Source: a virus. From it: 64,000 nt of DNA. The position numbers and the translations under genes are program-made. Positions 48,207 to 59,842 of this stretch are shown here, one piece after another. The notes under the pieces are model-generated. The model was not told where the DNA came from, did no database searches, and saw only the letters and a program-made list of their open reading frames with translations. Positions within the stretch are counted from its first letter, which is position 1; each line of letters opens with the position of its first letter. Where the stretch lies: positions 14,284 to 78,283 of IMG/VR virus record IMGVR_UViG_3300035041_000007, one strand, 5' to 3'.

Positions 48207-49842
48207 ATGAGAGCCTGCGACGAGATGGTAATTGAAATTGGGGTATTTGAAGTAGACGCTGAAGATGGGTCTTTCTCAGTCATTATGAAAGAAGTAGAGG
48301 TAGTAATAGACGGTACTCAAAATGAGGAGGATAGAGACGCTCTAGGTGGAGGTTTTATTGATATTTGGGATATTAAATGCTCAGATATTATAGTAAACTA
48401 TACACAAGTCTCCGATGATGAAGAGGTGGAGTACAAATATTACAGTTACGATGGCTGCCCAGTAAACATCCAAGAGTTTATTTTCGATGAAATAGAAAAC
48501 TTTCTCAGCGGTTATGATGAGACTATTGAAATCAAATCAGATAGGAGAGTTCGAATTGGGCACTAGATTTGAACCAATTCTACTAGCAGAGTATGAATTG
48601 ATGCCTGGGCTTAGATATCGTTGTGTTGAAGGTGAGGACTGCCTTGACTGTCTTTGCTGTAACGCTCAGATATTATGTGAAGGCTTAGAGTGTAGAGATA
48701 ATTATAGAACTGATGGTAAAAGTATAATTTTGGAGGTTATTGAAAATGACGGATAAGACTTTTAACAGATGCATGTCTATTAAGAATCATGACATACTTT
48801 TTGAAAGACAGGTATCACTCACAGAATCTGACCCAGGGTTCGTAGAAATTATGATTGATGACCTTGCTGCTCTAGTATCTGTTAAAGAGCTACAAGAAGC
48901 ACTTAATTACTGTAACCATAGCAGTAATACTTCGAGTAGCAGTAATACTTCAAATAGAAAAGATGACGTCATAGCTAAAGAACTGTGGAAAGTTAAAAGA
49001 AGAAGTAGTATATCTAAAGATAATATTGGCTCGGTAGTCAGACCTTATACTTATAGGGTTCCTAAAGAGCCAGTTTTAAGTGCCAGCTTTGTTGAAGGCG
49101 TAGACCCAGAAATCTTAGAAATTCCTTATGATTTATATATTGATTTAATAATTAATGTCAGAGAATTTAGAGATTTTAAGGCACTTTACGAAATTTCTGT
49201 TACCTTGGCTAGCAATCAGTATACGGATGCTTATAAAGATACTCTTTATCACAAATCTCTAGTAGAGAAAGAATTTTTCAAGATTCTTTCTACCCCTATA
49301 GAAGATTTGATTGTATCTTTGATAGGTGAATGTGAAATTGAAAAAGAGAGTGGATTTGATTACATAGGAGAAAATTAATGATTAAACATTTTTGTGATTA
49401 TTGCGGTGAAGAAATAGAGAGTAACAGTTGCTATGTCTATTATTATATTTTGTGTACTAATCTACCCTCTAGTTACGGGTTTTATTAATCCAGAATATCT
49501 AACAATCAAAGAACTTTTAGGAGCTTTATGATGAACGCTAAAAAAGAACTGTTAAAGGATATTGAGAATATTGACTCTCCGATTATTTGTGCCCTCATAA
49601 CTTTTGGAGACAGACAAATCAAGTTACCTAGACAAATCAAGTTACCAATGTTTTATACCAATGAGCAGTGGGAAAAGTTCCTCGAAGAATTAGACTTTGA
49701 GTATGAAGAAGGTTATGGTGGTCAGGAACTTTTTGGTACTGTATGGTTTCTAAATGGAACTTGGATGGAACGTGGAGAGTACGACGGCTCTGAATGGTGG
49801 GAATATAAAACTTGCCCTAAAATTCCAGGGGATTTACAATAA
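48207..49842 (+). other. Hypothetical ORFs (48207, 48514, 48740, 49528)
   Basis: RBS; 49528 has the common phage motif Y..GYG.QEL.G..W...GTW.ER.EYDGSEWW. Confidence 0.6.
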
Positions 49843-49870
49843 CTGTTCTTGGTTTAAAAAAGGAGTAATC

Positions 49871-50581
49871 ATGTCTGTTTACGTATGTGGGGATACCCAT
49901 AATAGTATAGATATTTCAAAGTTATCAAGTTCTAACTGGCCTCTAGGCAAAGAATTATCAGAAAAAGATGTATTGGTAGTGCTTGGAGATTTTGGGTTAC
50001 TGTGGGGCTACCCAGGTACTAGAGTTGCCAAAAAAGACCAATATTGGTTGAATTGGCTCGGGGATAAACCATTTACTACCGCTTTTGTAGATGGAAACCA
50101 CGAGAATTTCCATGTAATAAATGATCTGCCTACAGAAGAAAAGTGGGGTAATAAAGTAGGGGTGGTAAAAACTTCCAGTAAGTCTATTTACCATCTACGC
50201 AGGGGGCACAAATATACCGTAAACGGTAAGTCGGTGCTTGCGCTAGGAGGAGCTGAGAGCCACGATAAAAGTCGTCGTATAGAAGGTATTAGCTGGTGGC
50301 GGGGAGAGGTGTGGTCAAGCGAAGATTGTGAAAGAATAGCTAAACAATTACCAATTTCTGTAGACTTTGTATTAGCTCATACTTGCCCTCAATATGTATC
50401 AAATCTAATGTTTGATTTATATCCTCGTAACTGCTCGGTTGCTTCTGCGATGAATAACTTGGTGGGGGGGATTGACTGCAAAGAATGGCATTTTGGACAC
50501 TGGCATCGAGAGGAAGAAATGATTATTGATGGTAAGAAGTATATTTGCCACTATAATGGAGAGCCTTGGAGGTTAGTTTAG
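49871..50581 (+). CDS. Calcineurin-like metallophosphoesterase (start revised)
   Basis: CGDTH, LGDFG, DGNHENF, HTCP, FGHWH. Confidence 0.9.
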   Translation: MSVYVCGDTHNSIDISKLSSSNWPLGKELSEKDVLVVLGDFGLLWGYPGTRVAKKDQYWLNWLGDKPFTTAFVDGNHENFHVINDLPTEEKWGNKVGVVKTSSKSIYHLRRGHKYTVNGKSVLALGGAESHDKSRRIEGISWWRGEVWSSEDCERIAKQLPISVDFVLAHTCPQYVSNLMFDLYPRNCSVASAMNNLVGGIDCKEWHFGHWHREEEMIIDGKKYICHYNGEPWRLV

Positions 50582-50590
50582 GAGATTAAT

Positions 50591-51214
50591 ATGTTTATTA
50601 TAAAAACAGGCTGGGCGAGGAGAGTAACAACTCCAGAGGTTGGGTGGATTCCTGATAATGTGGATGATAAGTTACAATGGTTCCTAGATGTAACTATTAA
50701 CTCTTTTCTACATATATTTGATAGGCGTAGTATTATTAAATTTAATCGTTCTGACTTTTTATGTATTGATAGTACTTTGTCAGATATTATTTTACCTCTA
50801 GTAAAAGAGGTAAAACGAGAAAAACAAGGTGTACCTTGTATAGATAATGAAGATGTACCAGAAGAATTACGTACTGAAGAAGACTTATTTAGTAAATGTA
50901 ACCATTCAGATAAAGAAATGGAACTACTCACAGCTAAGTGGGACTATGTTTTAGATGAAATTATTTTTGCTTTTGAAAAGTTGAAAGAAGGCGGATGGGA
51001 AGATGAATTCCACTCAGGTCATATAGATTTCAAATTCGTCCCAGTAGATAAAGAAGGAAATGAAGTTCCGGAGGAAGAAGCAGAACTATTTAGAATGGAT
51101 AGAGGCCCAAATGATACCTCTAAGCTAGATATAGAGGGGCTAAAAGCAATGGACGCTCGTATTCAAAATGGAACTATGCTTTTTGGTAAGTACTATAGAG
51201 CTTTGTGGATTTAG
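50591..51214 (+). CDS. Conserved phage hypothetical protein
   Basis: W.YVLDEIIFAF...RIQNG..LFGKYY..LW. Confidence 0.6.
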   Translation: MFIIKTGWARRVTTPEVGWIPDNVDDKLQWFLDVTINSFLHIFDRRSIIKFNRSDFLCIDSTLSDIILPLVKEVKREKQGVPCIDNEDVPEELRTEEDLFSKCNHSDKEMELLTAKWDYVLDEIIFAFEKLKEGGWEDEFHSGHIDFKFVPVDKEGNEVPEEEAELFRMDRGPNDTSKLDIEGLKAMDARIQNGTMLFGKYYRALWI

Positions 51215-51297
51215 AGGTGCCTAAAATTCCACTTGACAATTTCCTCAATATTCGCTATAATAGTACTATAACGAATATTGAGGAGGGCATAAATTTG

Positions 51298-51798
51298 ATG
51301 GAAAAAGCAGAAGCTAAACAAATTGCAAACGAGCGTATTAACCACTTTTTAGGGGATTCTTGGACTTTCGAGTTTATGACTAAGAAGCGTGTATTTGGAA
51401 CCTGTTGCTATAAGACTAAAACAATATCTCTGTCAGTCTTTTATATCAAACTAGCTGAATTTGCAGATATAGAAGAAACCATAATGCACGAGATAGCGCA
51501 TGCACTAGTTGGCCCAGGACACGGACATGATGAGCACTGGAAAGCGCAGATGCGTGCATTAGGTTATCCAAATGCTAAGGCAACTAGAAGAATTGAACAC
51601 ACTAGCATTGATTCTTATATCGAATCCGGTGCTAAGTGGCTTCTAATTGAACCTAATGGTAAAATTGTTAGAGAATGGTATCGCAAACCCGCTGATAAAA
51701 CCTTTGCAACTATTAAAAACAAGTTTATCCCTGGGAGAAAAGAAGAGACATTAGGTAAGCTGAAAATAGTCCGAATTGAGGAGTATGGCAATGTGTAA
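51298..51798 (+). CDS. SprT-like zinc metalloprotease (start revised)
   Basis: HEIAH...GHGHD..WK; own promoter. Confidence 0.85.
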   Translation: MEKAEAKQIANERINHFLGDSWTFEFMTKKRVFGTCCYKTKTISLSVFYIKLAEFADIEETIMHEIAHALVGPGHGHDEHWKAQMRALGYPNAKATRRIEHTSIDSYIESGAKWLLIEPNGKIVREWYRKPADKTFATIKNKFIPGRKEETLGKLKIVRIEEYGNV

Positions 51799-52545
51799 GA
51801 TTGAGGAATCTCTGACTAGGAATCTATGTGTATTCCACCAAGATGAGCTGTTTGGTGGAAATATTGAAATAACTGCCAATGATTGGAGTAATGGTGAAGG
51901 AGTAGACCTCGAAATCAGTATTGTAGAAAAAGACCAAAACGCTTCGTTTAGTAAGCGAACTGTTTATCTAGGACTTACATATTCCGAGTTGGAAATCCTA
52001 GGCAAAGTAATCAATAAGCTTAATGAGGAGTAAAAATGCCAAAAATTGAATTTTATACTATTGACGAGTACAAAACAAAACGCTCCTTTACTAGTATTGA
52101 CCTTCCTCAAATAGAAATCGATTATTTATTCAGTGGAGCAGCTAAACCAGTACAACAATATGTTTCATTTTTAAATGCTTACGAGCCAGAGATTGTTTAC
52201 TTTGAAGAGGATGACCCAATTTGCGGTATGAAAGAATTTGGTAAGTATAATATTTATGAAAAAGCTAAGATAGACTTTCTAAAGTGGGTTAATGACCAAG
52301 ATAGTTTAATCTATGTGCGAGAGGCAGAAAATGGCTAAATTTGCAGAAATCGGAACTAAGACTCTATATCTAGTCAAAGCAGAAACTTTTAAAGAGTGGT
52401 TTACCCTTCTTAAATATCGTTGGGATGGAAAAATCATCGGCTCACTACTAGTACGCTTTGATAACGGTAAGTTTTATAAAATGAATGTTGTATCTCCTAA
52501 AGACATGAGGGAGTTCAAAAAAGTTTACGCATTTAAGTATCAAAA

Positions 52546-53067
52546 ATGAAATGGTTGATTTGTATTTTATTGTTGCTCCCTTGCAATTCTTTAGCATTAG
52601 AGGATTCGCAGAGGGAGCTTATTGTGTATGCACATAGCTACGCCTCTGAATATGGATGGGGCGAAACCGTAGCCTCAATACTTTATCAAGAAAGTAAAGC
52701 AGGATTTTCTGGATATAGAAAATATGGAGTAGTAGTCGGAGACAGAAGTAAGAGTGGGGGTTATAAGTCTCTAGGAGTTATGCAAATCCAGCTAGAAACT
52801 GCAAAAGATATACTAAGGTGGTTTCCTCATCTGTGCCCAGAACCTATCTCAGACACGGAACTTAGTTACAGACTTCTAGCTGATGATAAGTTTAGTATTA
52901 GACTTGGAACTTGGTATTTTATAAAGTTATACGAATTAAAAGGTTCTTGGAGAGAGGCAATATTAGCTTATAATATTGGGCCATCTGGAACTTTAGATAT
53001 CAATGATTATGTTAGTAAAGTATTAAAATGGAGAAAATGGCTACTAAAGGAGGTAATAAATGATTAA
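52546..53067 (+). CDS. Lytic transglycosylase (SLT-like), signal peptide
   Basis: QESKAG, GVMQI, AYNIG. Confidence 0.8.
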   Translation: MKWLICILLLLPCNSLALEDSQRELIVYAHSYASEYGWGETVASILYQESKAGFSGYRKYGVVVGDRSKSGGYKSLGVMQIQLETAKDILRWFPHLCPEPISDTELSYRLLADDKFSIRLGTWYFIKLYELKGSWREAILAYNIGPSGTLDINDYVSKVLKWRKWLLKEVIND

Positions 53068-53647
53068 ATCGTCCTGCATCTGTGGTGCAAGTTTAGAGTT
53101 AGATTTAGAAGGAAGAGACAAAGAATGTGAATTATACCAAGAATGGCTTGAGGTGCATAAAAGATGTACTGAATTATATCAGCAGGAAAAATTCTTTGCT
53201 ATTTCACTAGCTGTAAATAAAAATAACCCTAAGCCTAAGCCTAGCGGTTCTAGGCTAAATTAAAGGAGTAATATGTGCTCAGATATTGAACTCTTATTCA
53301 TAGACTTAATAAACCCTAGTAAAACTAAGTTTGTTAGAAAGGATTTAGATATAGCAGAGTTTTTAGAAGACCATTATTTTGGTAACCATTACGCCTCTAT
53401 TCCTTTTAATGAGTATATCGTAGAATATACTAAGCTTCTAATGATAGATGAGGATAATAATGTTAAAGAAGTTAGTTACATCGTTTAAGAAGCCAAAAAG
53501 TCCTCCTACAGGAAACCCAAAAGATGTAGATATTTATTGCCCTTTTTGTGGGTTTACTGTGAAGAGAATTGTTCAAGAACAGTTAAGGCTTCCTATTGAA
53601 TGCCCTAAATGTGGAAAATATACTGTTCAAGAGTTTAAGGAGAAAGT

Positions 53648-54244
53648 ATGACTAGACAATTTGATCTTATATTTGAAAAAATTATGAAACATGAGGGTTT
53701 TTATTCTAACCATGCTAATGATAGGGGAGGACAGACTTATCGAGGAATAGCTAGGAAGTTTCATCCGGATTGGGAGGGGTGGACTATTATAGACAAGATT
53801 ATGGACGAAAATGGTAACTTTTCAGAGGCATCCCTACCACTTTCCACAACTATCGACCTCGATACTAAGGTTAGAGAATTTTATAAACAAAACTACTACG
53901 ACGACTTTTGTGGTGATTTTCTCCCGTTCGCTGTAGCTCAGGAGATGTTCGATATTTCCATAAATATGGGTCTGCGCCGAGCAGTACTTTTTCTACAGAA
54001 CTCTATTAACGCGCTCAATAGGTCGGGTGTGCAACCTGATTTAGTTGCAGACGGAATTTTTGGAAATAAAACCTTAGCTGGAGTAAATGAATTTCTAGAT
54101 AAGGGCGATTATATGTGGCTAGTAAAATTGCTTAATATAATGCAGGGGTATCAATATGCAGAAATAGCCATGAATAATGCAGACCAAAGAGTTTTTCTAC
54201 GTGGTTGGCTAAAACGAGTGGAGATTAATACAGATGATTTCTAA
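53648..54244 (+). CDS. Glycoside hydrolase family 108 muramidase with peptidoglycan-binding domain
   Basis: EGFYSNH..DRGGQT.RGI, DGIFG..T, FLRGWLKR. Confidence 0.9.
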   Translation: MTRQFDLIFEKIMKHEGFYSNHANDRGGQTYRGIARKFHPDWEGWTIIDKIMDENGNFSEASLPLSTTIDLDTKVREFYKQNYYDDFCGDFLPFAVAQEMFDISINMGLRRAVLFLQNSINALNRSGVQPDLVADGIFGNKTLAGVNEFLDKGDYMWLVKLLNIMQGYQYAEIAMNNADQRVFLRGWLKRVEINTDDF

Positions 54245-54788
54245 GCTTATACAGAAGTTCAAAAGCTATACGACTGATTCTATTAATAAAGAATTAGCTA
54301 CTGATTATGAGTTTGTTGAGAAATGGTTATGGGTTCTACGAGATAAAAATACGGCAAGAGAATATCGATCTAAGTTCTATTACCGAGATTTGGAAGATTT
54401 GGAGCAACATGGTATTGAGCTCATTGATGTAGTATATAAATTACCAGAAACAAGAATAATTGTATCTGCTAGTAAACGGGTATAGGAGGTAAAAATGGAA
54501 ATTATAGGCACTAGATGTCCAACTTGTAAAAGTACAGATGTTATAGAAGTATCAGATATTCAATCCTATCAATTTCATGAGGAGATTAAAAAGTGTGCTT
54601 CATGTGACACACTATTTGCAGTAACTAGAGAAGTATCAATCCTAATCCAAGATAGCGCAGAAGGGTCGTTCCTCGACCACTCTAGCGCAACTACGGACGG
54701 AAGCAGTGATCTATACTCATAATTTTACTTGACAATTTTCTCAATATTCGCTATAATATATTTATACACGATAGTGAAAGGGGTAAAT

Positions 54789-55004
54789 ATGAGTAAGTGC
54801 CCTATATGTGGGAGCAAAGAACTTTATACACAGCCTAAGCCCCAAACTCTAAAGTATAAAGGATTCTCTCATCCAATATACTACGAAATTCTAGTATGTA
54901 TGAACTGCTATGGTGAAGTAGTGCCTCGTAAAGCTGTAGAATATTATAAGTATGAGCTAGACAACTTCAGAGCTGAGATTGACTCAATAAAAAATTATTC
55001 TTGA
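54789..55004 (+). CDS. Stand-alone MqsA/YgiT-type zinc-finger domain (start revised)
   Basis: CPICG..YKG..CMNC.E...FRAEI; own promoter. Confidence 0.65.
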   Translation: MSKCPICGSKELYTQPKPQTLKYKGFSHPIYYEILVCMNCYGEVVPRKAVEYYKYELDNFRAEIDSIKNYS

Positions 55005-55053
55005 CAATTTACTCGAATTTTAGTATAATGTACTATAAATAATTGGAGAATTT

Positions 55054-55569
55054 ATGAATATTTTTTATACAAATCACAATCCTCAGTTCTGTGCTAGAGA
55101 GCATTGCACAGTGCATACTAGAAAAATGATAATTGAGTATGCTCAAATGTTATCTACAGCCCATAGAGTATGTGATGGAGATGAGTTTGCTGATGAAGAT
55201 AGTTTATATAGGCGTACACATGAAAACCATCCATGTACTAAGTGGGTAAGAGCAAACTCAGGTAATTATAGGTGGTTGTATGCTTGCCTTAAAGAATTAT
55301 GTAAAATCTACTGGAAAAGTTCCGGTAAAAAGCATGCCACCCATAGATTACTGGAATATCTACAGTATTGCCCTGTGTATATACCAAACTACTTATGTAC
55401 GTGGGAACCTCCTCCACAAGCAATGCCAGATGAATTTAAGCATAAAGATATTAGAGAGGCTTATAAACAATACATCAATTCTAAGTACTTAGACTGGCTG
55501 AGTAGAGAAAAGCCTATTAAAGTTGATTGGTACTTTGAAAAACCAGAATGGGCTGAGTATGGGGGATAG
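55054..55569 (+). CDS. Pyrimidine-dimer DNA glycosylase (DenV-like family)
   Basis: MNIFY...H..KMIIEYAQMLSTAH, HPCTKW; own promoter. Confidence 0.8.
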   Translation: MNIFYTNHNPQFCAREHCTVHTRKMIIEYAQMLSTAHRVCDGDEFADEDSLYRRTHENHPCTKWVRANSGNYRWLYACLKELCKIYWKSSGKKHATHRLLEYLQYCPVYIPNYLCTWEPPPQAMPDEFKHKDIREAYKQYINSKYLDWLSREKPIKVDWYFEKPEWAEYGG

Positions 55570-56829
55570 CTGTGCGAATAGAGCGTGAAAATAGATACGT
55601 AGTATTAAAACTAAAGGATATAAATAACTGCTTTTCTAGTACAGAATGGGAAATTTTAAGAGCACTTTGTGAAAAAGTAGACTATTACAGAGAGTGCGTT
55701 GATAAAGAGAAATTAGAGTGTTTAGTTATTGAAAGTGACTGGCCTGAGTATGAAACAGCCTGGCTATCTATAGTGAACAGGATGAGAAACTCATAGTGCA
55801 GAAACTATTAAATACTTTAAAAGATAAATTCCCTGAAATAGAAATGATTGAAGAAAAAAGAGAGTTCATATACTCTAGTTGGATTCTTGACTTCAAAAAT
55901 GGTAATTCAATGATTATTATGAAACAGCCACCACCATACATAGGAGACGTGGAACTCTATACTATTGCAACCTATAACTCTGAGGAGGAATATGACGATT
56001 CGTTGACTTATCAAGGGGAAGAGGCTTACCTAACAGATAAATGTATTATTAAAAGTGTAGACTTTATAAGGAGTTTATAATGGATATTAAAAAAATGGCT
56101 CAAGCTATTGAGCAAGCAAATGAAGCAGGGCTGATACCTTTCATAACTAAATTCTATGAAGAAGGCGAAGATTATTCAGTTGAGTCACTGGAAGAGTATC
56201 TCCAACAAAATATACATTTTGGAAAAGCCTCCGCAGCAATAGATAGTGTAGCACAAGATCTCTACTATGAGAAAAGTAATAATGCTACCAAAAGCTTGGT
56301 AATGGACTCCGGTATTGCTATTACAATAGATATCGAAGAGTATCTGCTAGTAGCGCTATACTCAAAGTCTGAAGATGACCCGGGATATTTTGCTAAGTTA
56401 GAAGTAGTGTTTGATAAGGAGGAGTCTATTCAAACATTTGTGGATGCTATGTATGATATGGATACTGCAATTATGGCTCTTATGGAGTCAATAGGTTTTG
56501 ATAACCTAGGTTATATCCAGCTTAGAATGGAGAAATAAAGTATATACTAAGGAGGTACGTATGGAATTTAGTTGGAAAGTAATCATTGCTACCCCTGTAC
56601 TCTTCCTAATAGCTATAATAATTGAATCAGCAATAAAGGAATATTTATATGATAGACGATGACATACTTTGTAAGATGTATAAAGTAGCAAAATCATGCA
56701 CTACAAAAGAGCAAGCAGCTTCTGCAAAGAAGTATATTGAATTAGCAAGCAAGCAATATCCATGTATATTAAATATACTATCTCATCTATTTATGATTAC
56801 GGATTTATCCGTTGCTAGGAGTAAGAAGC

Positions 56830-57465
56830 ATGTCCGATTATAAAGAATTGGAAAATAGTAGTAAATGGGAGTCTGAAAACTCTCGTTTGAAGTATGTACT
56901 AGGAAATAATCATAAAAAAGTACGCATAAAAAATAGAGAGGAGTTACTACTGACCCCAGGGGTTTCCTATACTGCAGATAATAGAATAATTGGACCAGGT
57001 AATATTATATTCTTCAATACTATGGCAGAATTTGCAGGGATGGAATTCAGAATAGGAGACCTTCCAAAAGGATATCCTTGGAAAAGTTGGATGTATGAAG
57101 AAGTACGAGGGTGTACTAAAGAGGAGAGGCTTGTAACAGAGGAAGATCCTAACGGAATTAACCAACATGACCCAGGCGCAAAGCTGGACAAAGGTAAAAA
57201 CAGGGTAGCTTTAGTACTAAGTGGATTTTCTAACGCTATTGAAGAAGTAACCAAAGTAGGAACATATGGGGCTGAAAAGTACTCACCTAATGGATGGAAG
57301 AAGGTAGAAAATGGGCTAGAGCGCTATGATGATGCTATGTTTAGGCATTGGTTAGCTGAAAAACAAGGAAAAGACTTCGACCCTGACTCTGGTCTATTAC
57401 ACGCAGCGCACACAGCTTGGAATGCTTTAGCGTATCTTGAACTTACTTTACGGGAGAGAAGATGA
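56830..57465 (+). CDS. dATP/dGTP diphosphohydrolase (DUF5664) domain protein (start revised)
   Basis: GAKLD.GK, V.TYGA.KY...W, RH, DPDSGLLHAAH.AWNAL. Confidence 0.85.
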   Translation: MSDYKELENSSKWESENSRLKYVLGNNHKKVRIKNREELLLTPGVSYTADNRIIGPGNIIFFNTMAEFAGMEFRIGDLPKGYPWKSWMYEEVRGCTKEERLVTEEDPNGINQHDPGAKLDKGKNRVALVLSGFSNAIEEVTKVGTYGAEKYSPNGWKKVENGLERYDDAMFRHWLAEKQGKDFDPDSGLLHAAHTAWNALAYLELTLRERR

Positions 57466-57676
57466 ATATAGTAGCTGAAGTTAAAGATTATATTATTGAG
57501 TTTGCTGAAAGAAAAGGGCATCAACCTAAACATATCATTCTGGGTAGGGATGAAAAAGCCAGACTTAGAAACCTCCCTAACTTAATGCTAGTAGAAGCTC
57601 CAGAAGAGTGGCCGGACAAACTATTTACTCTTCAGATATTTTATTCTAGTGATAACAGCTGTCTAAAGGTGGGATA

Positions 57677-57841
57677 ATGCCTATTTATGAGTATAGGTGC
57701 AAAAGCTGTGGTAAAGAATACACCATAATAAAGAATATATTAGAGTATAAAGACTCGGTAAGTTGTGACTGCGGCAACTGGGCTGGAAAGATACCCTCTA
57801 TACCTGGGTACAGGAGAGATCATACACGGCTTGAGAGGTGA
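57677..57841 (+). CDS. FmdB-type zinc-ribbon protein (54 aa, not in track)
   Basis: MPIYEYRCKSCG...CDCG; TAATG coupling. Confidence 0.75.
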   Translation: MPIYEYRCKSCGKEYTIIKNILEYKDSVSCDCGNWAGKIPSIPGYRRDHTRLER

Positions 57842-58143
57842 TTGATGCCTATTGACTACGAATTTTTCTATGATATAATAAAAGGGATAAAATATACGGT
57901 CGACTTTATAGAAGACTCCAAAGTACTGCTTGGGGAAGGTGGAAAGCTGCAAAAAATACTAAAGCATAGAATTGAGGCTGAAACCGATATGCTAGGAATT
58001 TTATGCAAAGATAATAATGACTTAATAAGTTACTTCATTAATACTTTAGATTTTGGGCGTTCACAAGCTCCTCAGGGAGATATTGAAATATTGACTATTG
58101 GTAAACTTTTTGACCTTTTAGATGATAACTACGTGGAGTAAAG

Positions 58144-58860
58144 ATGAATATAGAGTTAGTAAGTTTTACACATGAACCAATTAAAACCTGTGCAAAAGCA
58201 GCTTATAACTGTACCAATATTGGAGCAATGCCTGAAGATGTAGACGCCTACGGATTAGTAGAAAGAGTACTAGCACTAGGGCACGAAAGTATTGCTGAGT
58301 TTGCTGATTTTGTATTTAAGGTGGACGGTCTAAGTAGGGTAGCTAGTCACCAGCTAGTTCGACATAGGGTAGCTAGTTATGCTCAGCAAAGCCAAAGATA
58401 TAATACATACGAACATCTAAATATAGTTATTCCAAATGAGTTAAATGAAGAGCAGGCAGAAAAACTTAAACAAGCTGCTTCTTTTTGCCACCAAGTATAC
58501 CTAGAACTGGTAAATGAAGGAGTATCTGGGGAATCCGCGAGATATATCCTACCTAATTCGGCTGTATCTAGTATATTTGTAAAGATGAATGCTAGAGAGC
58601 TGAGGCATTTCTTTAGAATGAGATTGTGCCTAACTACCCAAGCAGAAATTCGCAGTATGGCTCAGGCAATGTATGAAGTACTAAGAACTAATTTTCCAGC
58701 TCTTTTTGTAGGCCAATTTCCTCCTTGCGGTACAAAAGGAGAATGTAAAAAATGTCCGGGGGTGAATAAAAATGACAATACAGCAAAAGTTAGGTTTGAG
58801 AAATCTGAGCAAGCCAAACCAAATAATGAAGTCCAAAAAGACTTATTCGAGGAAGTTTAA
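58144..58860 (+). CDS. thyX: Flavin-dependent thymidylate synthase
   Basis: GHESIAE, SHQLVRHRVASYAQQSQRY, ARYILP, QAEIR. Confidence 0.95.
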   Translation: MNIELVSFTHEPIKTCAKAAYNCTNIGAMPEDVDAYGLVERVLALGHESIAEFADFVFKVDGLSRVASHQLVRHRVASYAQQSQRYNTYEHLNIVIPNELNEEQAEKLKQAASFCHQVYLELVNEGVSGESARYILPNSAVSSIFVKMNARELRHFFRMRLCLTTQAEIRSMAQAMYEVLRTNFPALFVGQFPPCGTKGECKKCPGVNKNDNTAKVRFEKSEQAKPNNEVQKDLFEEV

Positions 58861-59222
58861 ACACCATAATCGTAAAGGTTGGTAATATATGGTAGGAAAC
58901 TTAGATGATACTTTTGCCTTCAATAAAGCCATAGAGTCCTTAGAAGAGATAATTGAATTGCAAGAAGGGGCTGCTTTTCCATACGAGGAAAGAACCCAAG
59001 AAGCTTTTAAAGAGGCCCTAAAAGCTTTTGAAACAGCCAGTACCTACGCTACTAGAATTTCCCGGTTGCTTAAAAAGGAAGACTACGAAACTACGTTTCA
59101 TACGCTTCTAGAAAGAGACTTAGCTGAAATAGAAGAACTATTTAATGGCTAAAAATAGTTCTTGACAATTTTCTCAATATTCGCTATAATAGTATTATAA
59201 ACAATAGCGAAAGGAGAAAATT

Positions 59223-59453
59223 ATGACTAGGGAAAATATTATTAACATTCTTCGTAATTCTGAAGCAACAGTAACATTTCTTAAAAAAGACGGGTCAAAA
59301 CGTGTTATGAAATGTACACTTCGCCCAGATGTACTGCCCGCTCTAAAAGGCTCAAATCATAAGAAGAATGAAGATGTACTTCCAGTATGGGACTTAGAGA
59401 AAAATGCTTGGAGGTCTTTCCGCCTAGATAGTATTATAAAAATAGGAGATTAG
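59223..59453 (+). CDS. WYL_2 / SH3-like phage protein
   Basis: VTFLKKDG..R.M.CTL...VWDLEK.AWRSFR; own promoter. Confidence 0.75.
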   Translation: MTRENIINILRNSEATVTFLKKDGSKRVMKCTLRPDVLPALKGSNHKKNEDVLPVWDLEKNAWRSFRLDSIIKIGD

Positions 59454-59670
59454 ATTGATTGATAATGTTAACAAAATTGAGGAATATCTAAGAGATTCTC
59501 TAATTGCACTGGAAACAATACGAGCAATTACTAAAAAAGATGAACATAGTGAAATAATTAATGTATTTCTCCAAAAGATGGAGAATTCATTAGTTAAAGT
59601 AGCGGAATGTAACTTAGAGATTACCGATTCTTGCGGTAAACCAAAATCACGATGTATTTCCTTTAACTAA

Positions 59671-59746
59671 GCGAGTGTAGTCCAACGGCAGAGACAATGG
59701 ACTTAAAATCCATAAAGTGAGGATTCGAATTCCTCCACTCGCACCA
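59671..59746 (+). tRNA. trnL: tRNA-Leu (anticodon TAA), short variable loop, encoded CCA
   Basis: Acceptor GCGAGTG/CACTCGC, anticodon arm ATGGA-CTTAAAA-TCCAT, T arm GAGGA-TTCGAAT-TCCTC, ACCA end. Confidence 0.95.
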
Positions 59747-59842
59747 ATTTTGTCCGTTCAATGTAGGACGGACACACTAGACTCCGTGACGCCTTCGAAG
59801 TCTAGCGCACAACAAAAGGCCGAGATAACAAAGGAGGCCATT

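Noticed and set aside
56830-57465. 2-aminoadenine (Z) genome
   Set aside because: No PurZ or DatZ in the window; DUF5664 alone is insufficient
59750-59842. c-di-GMP/c-AMP-GMP (GEMM) riboswitch upstream of the host-like gene
   Set aside because: Lacks the GCAAA/GAAA tetraloop-receptor and GACGCAAA core
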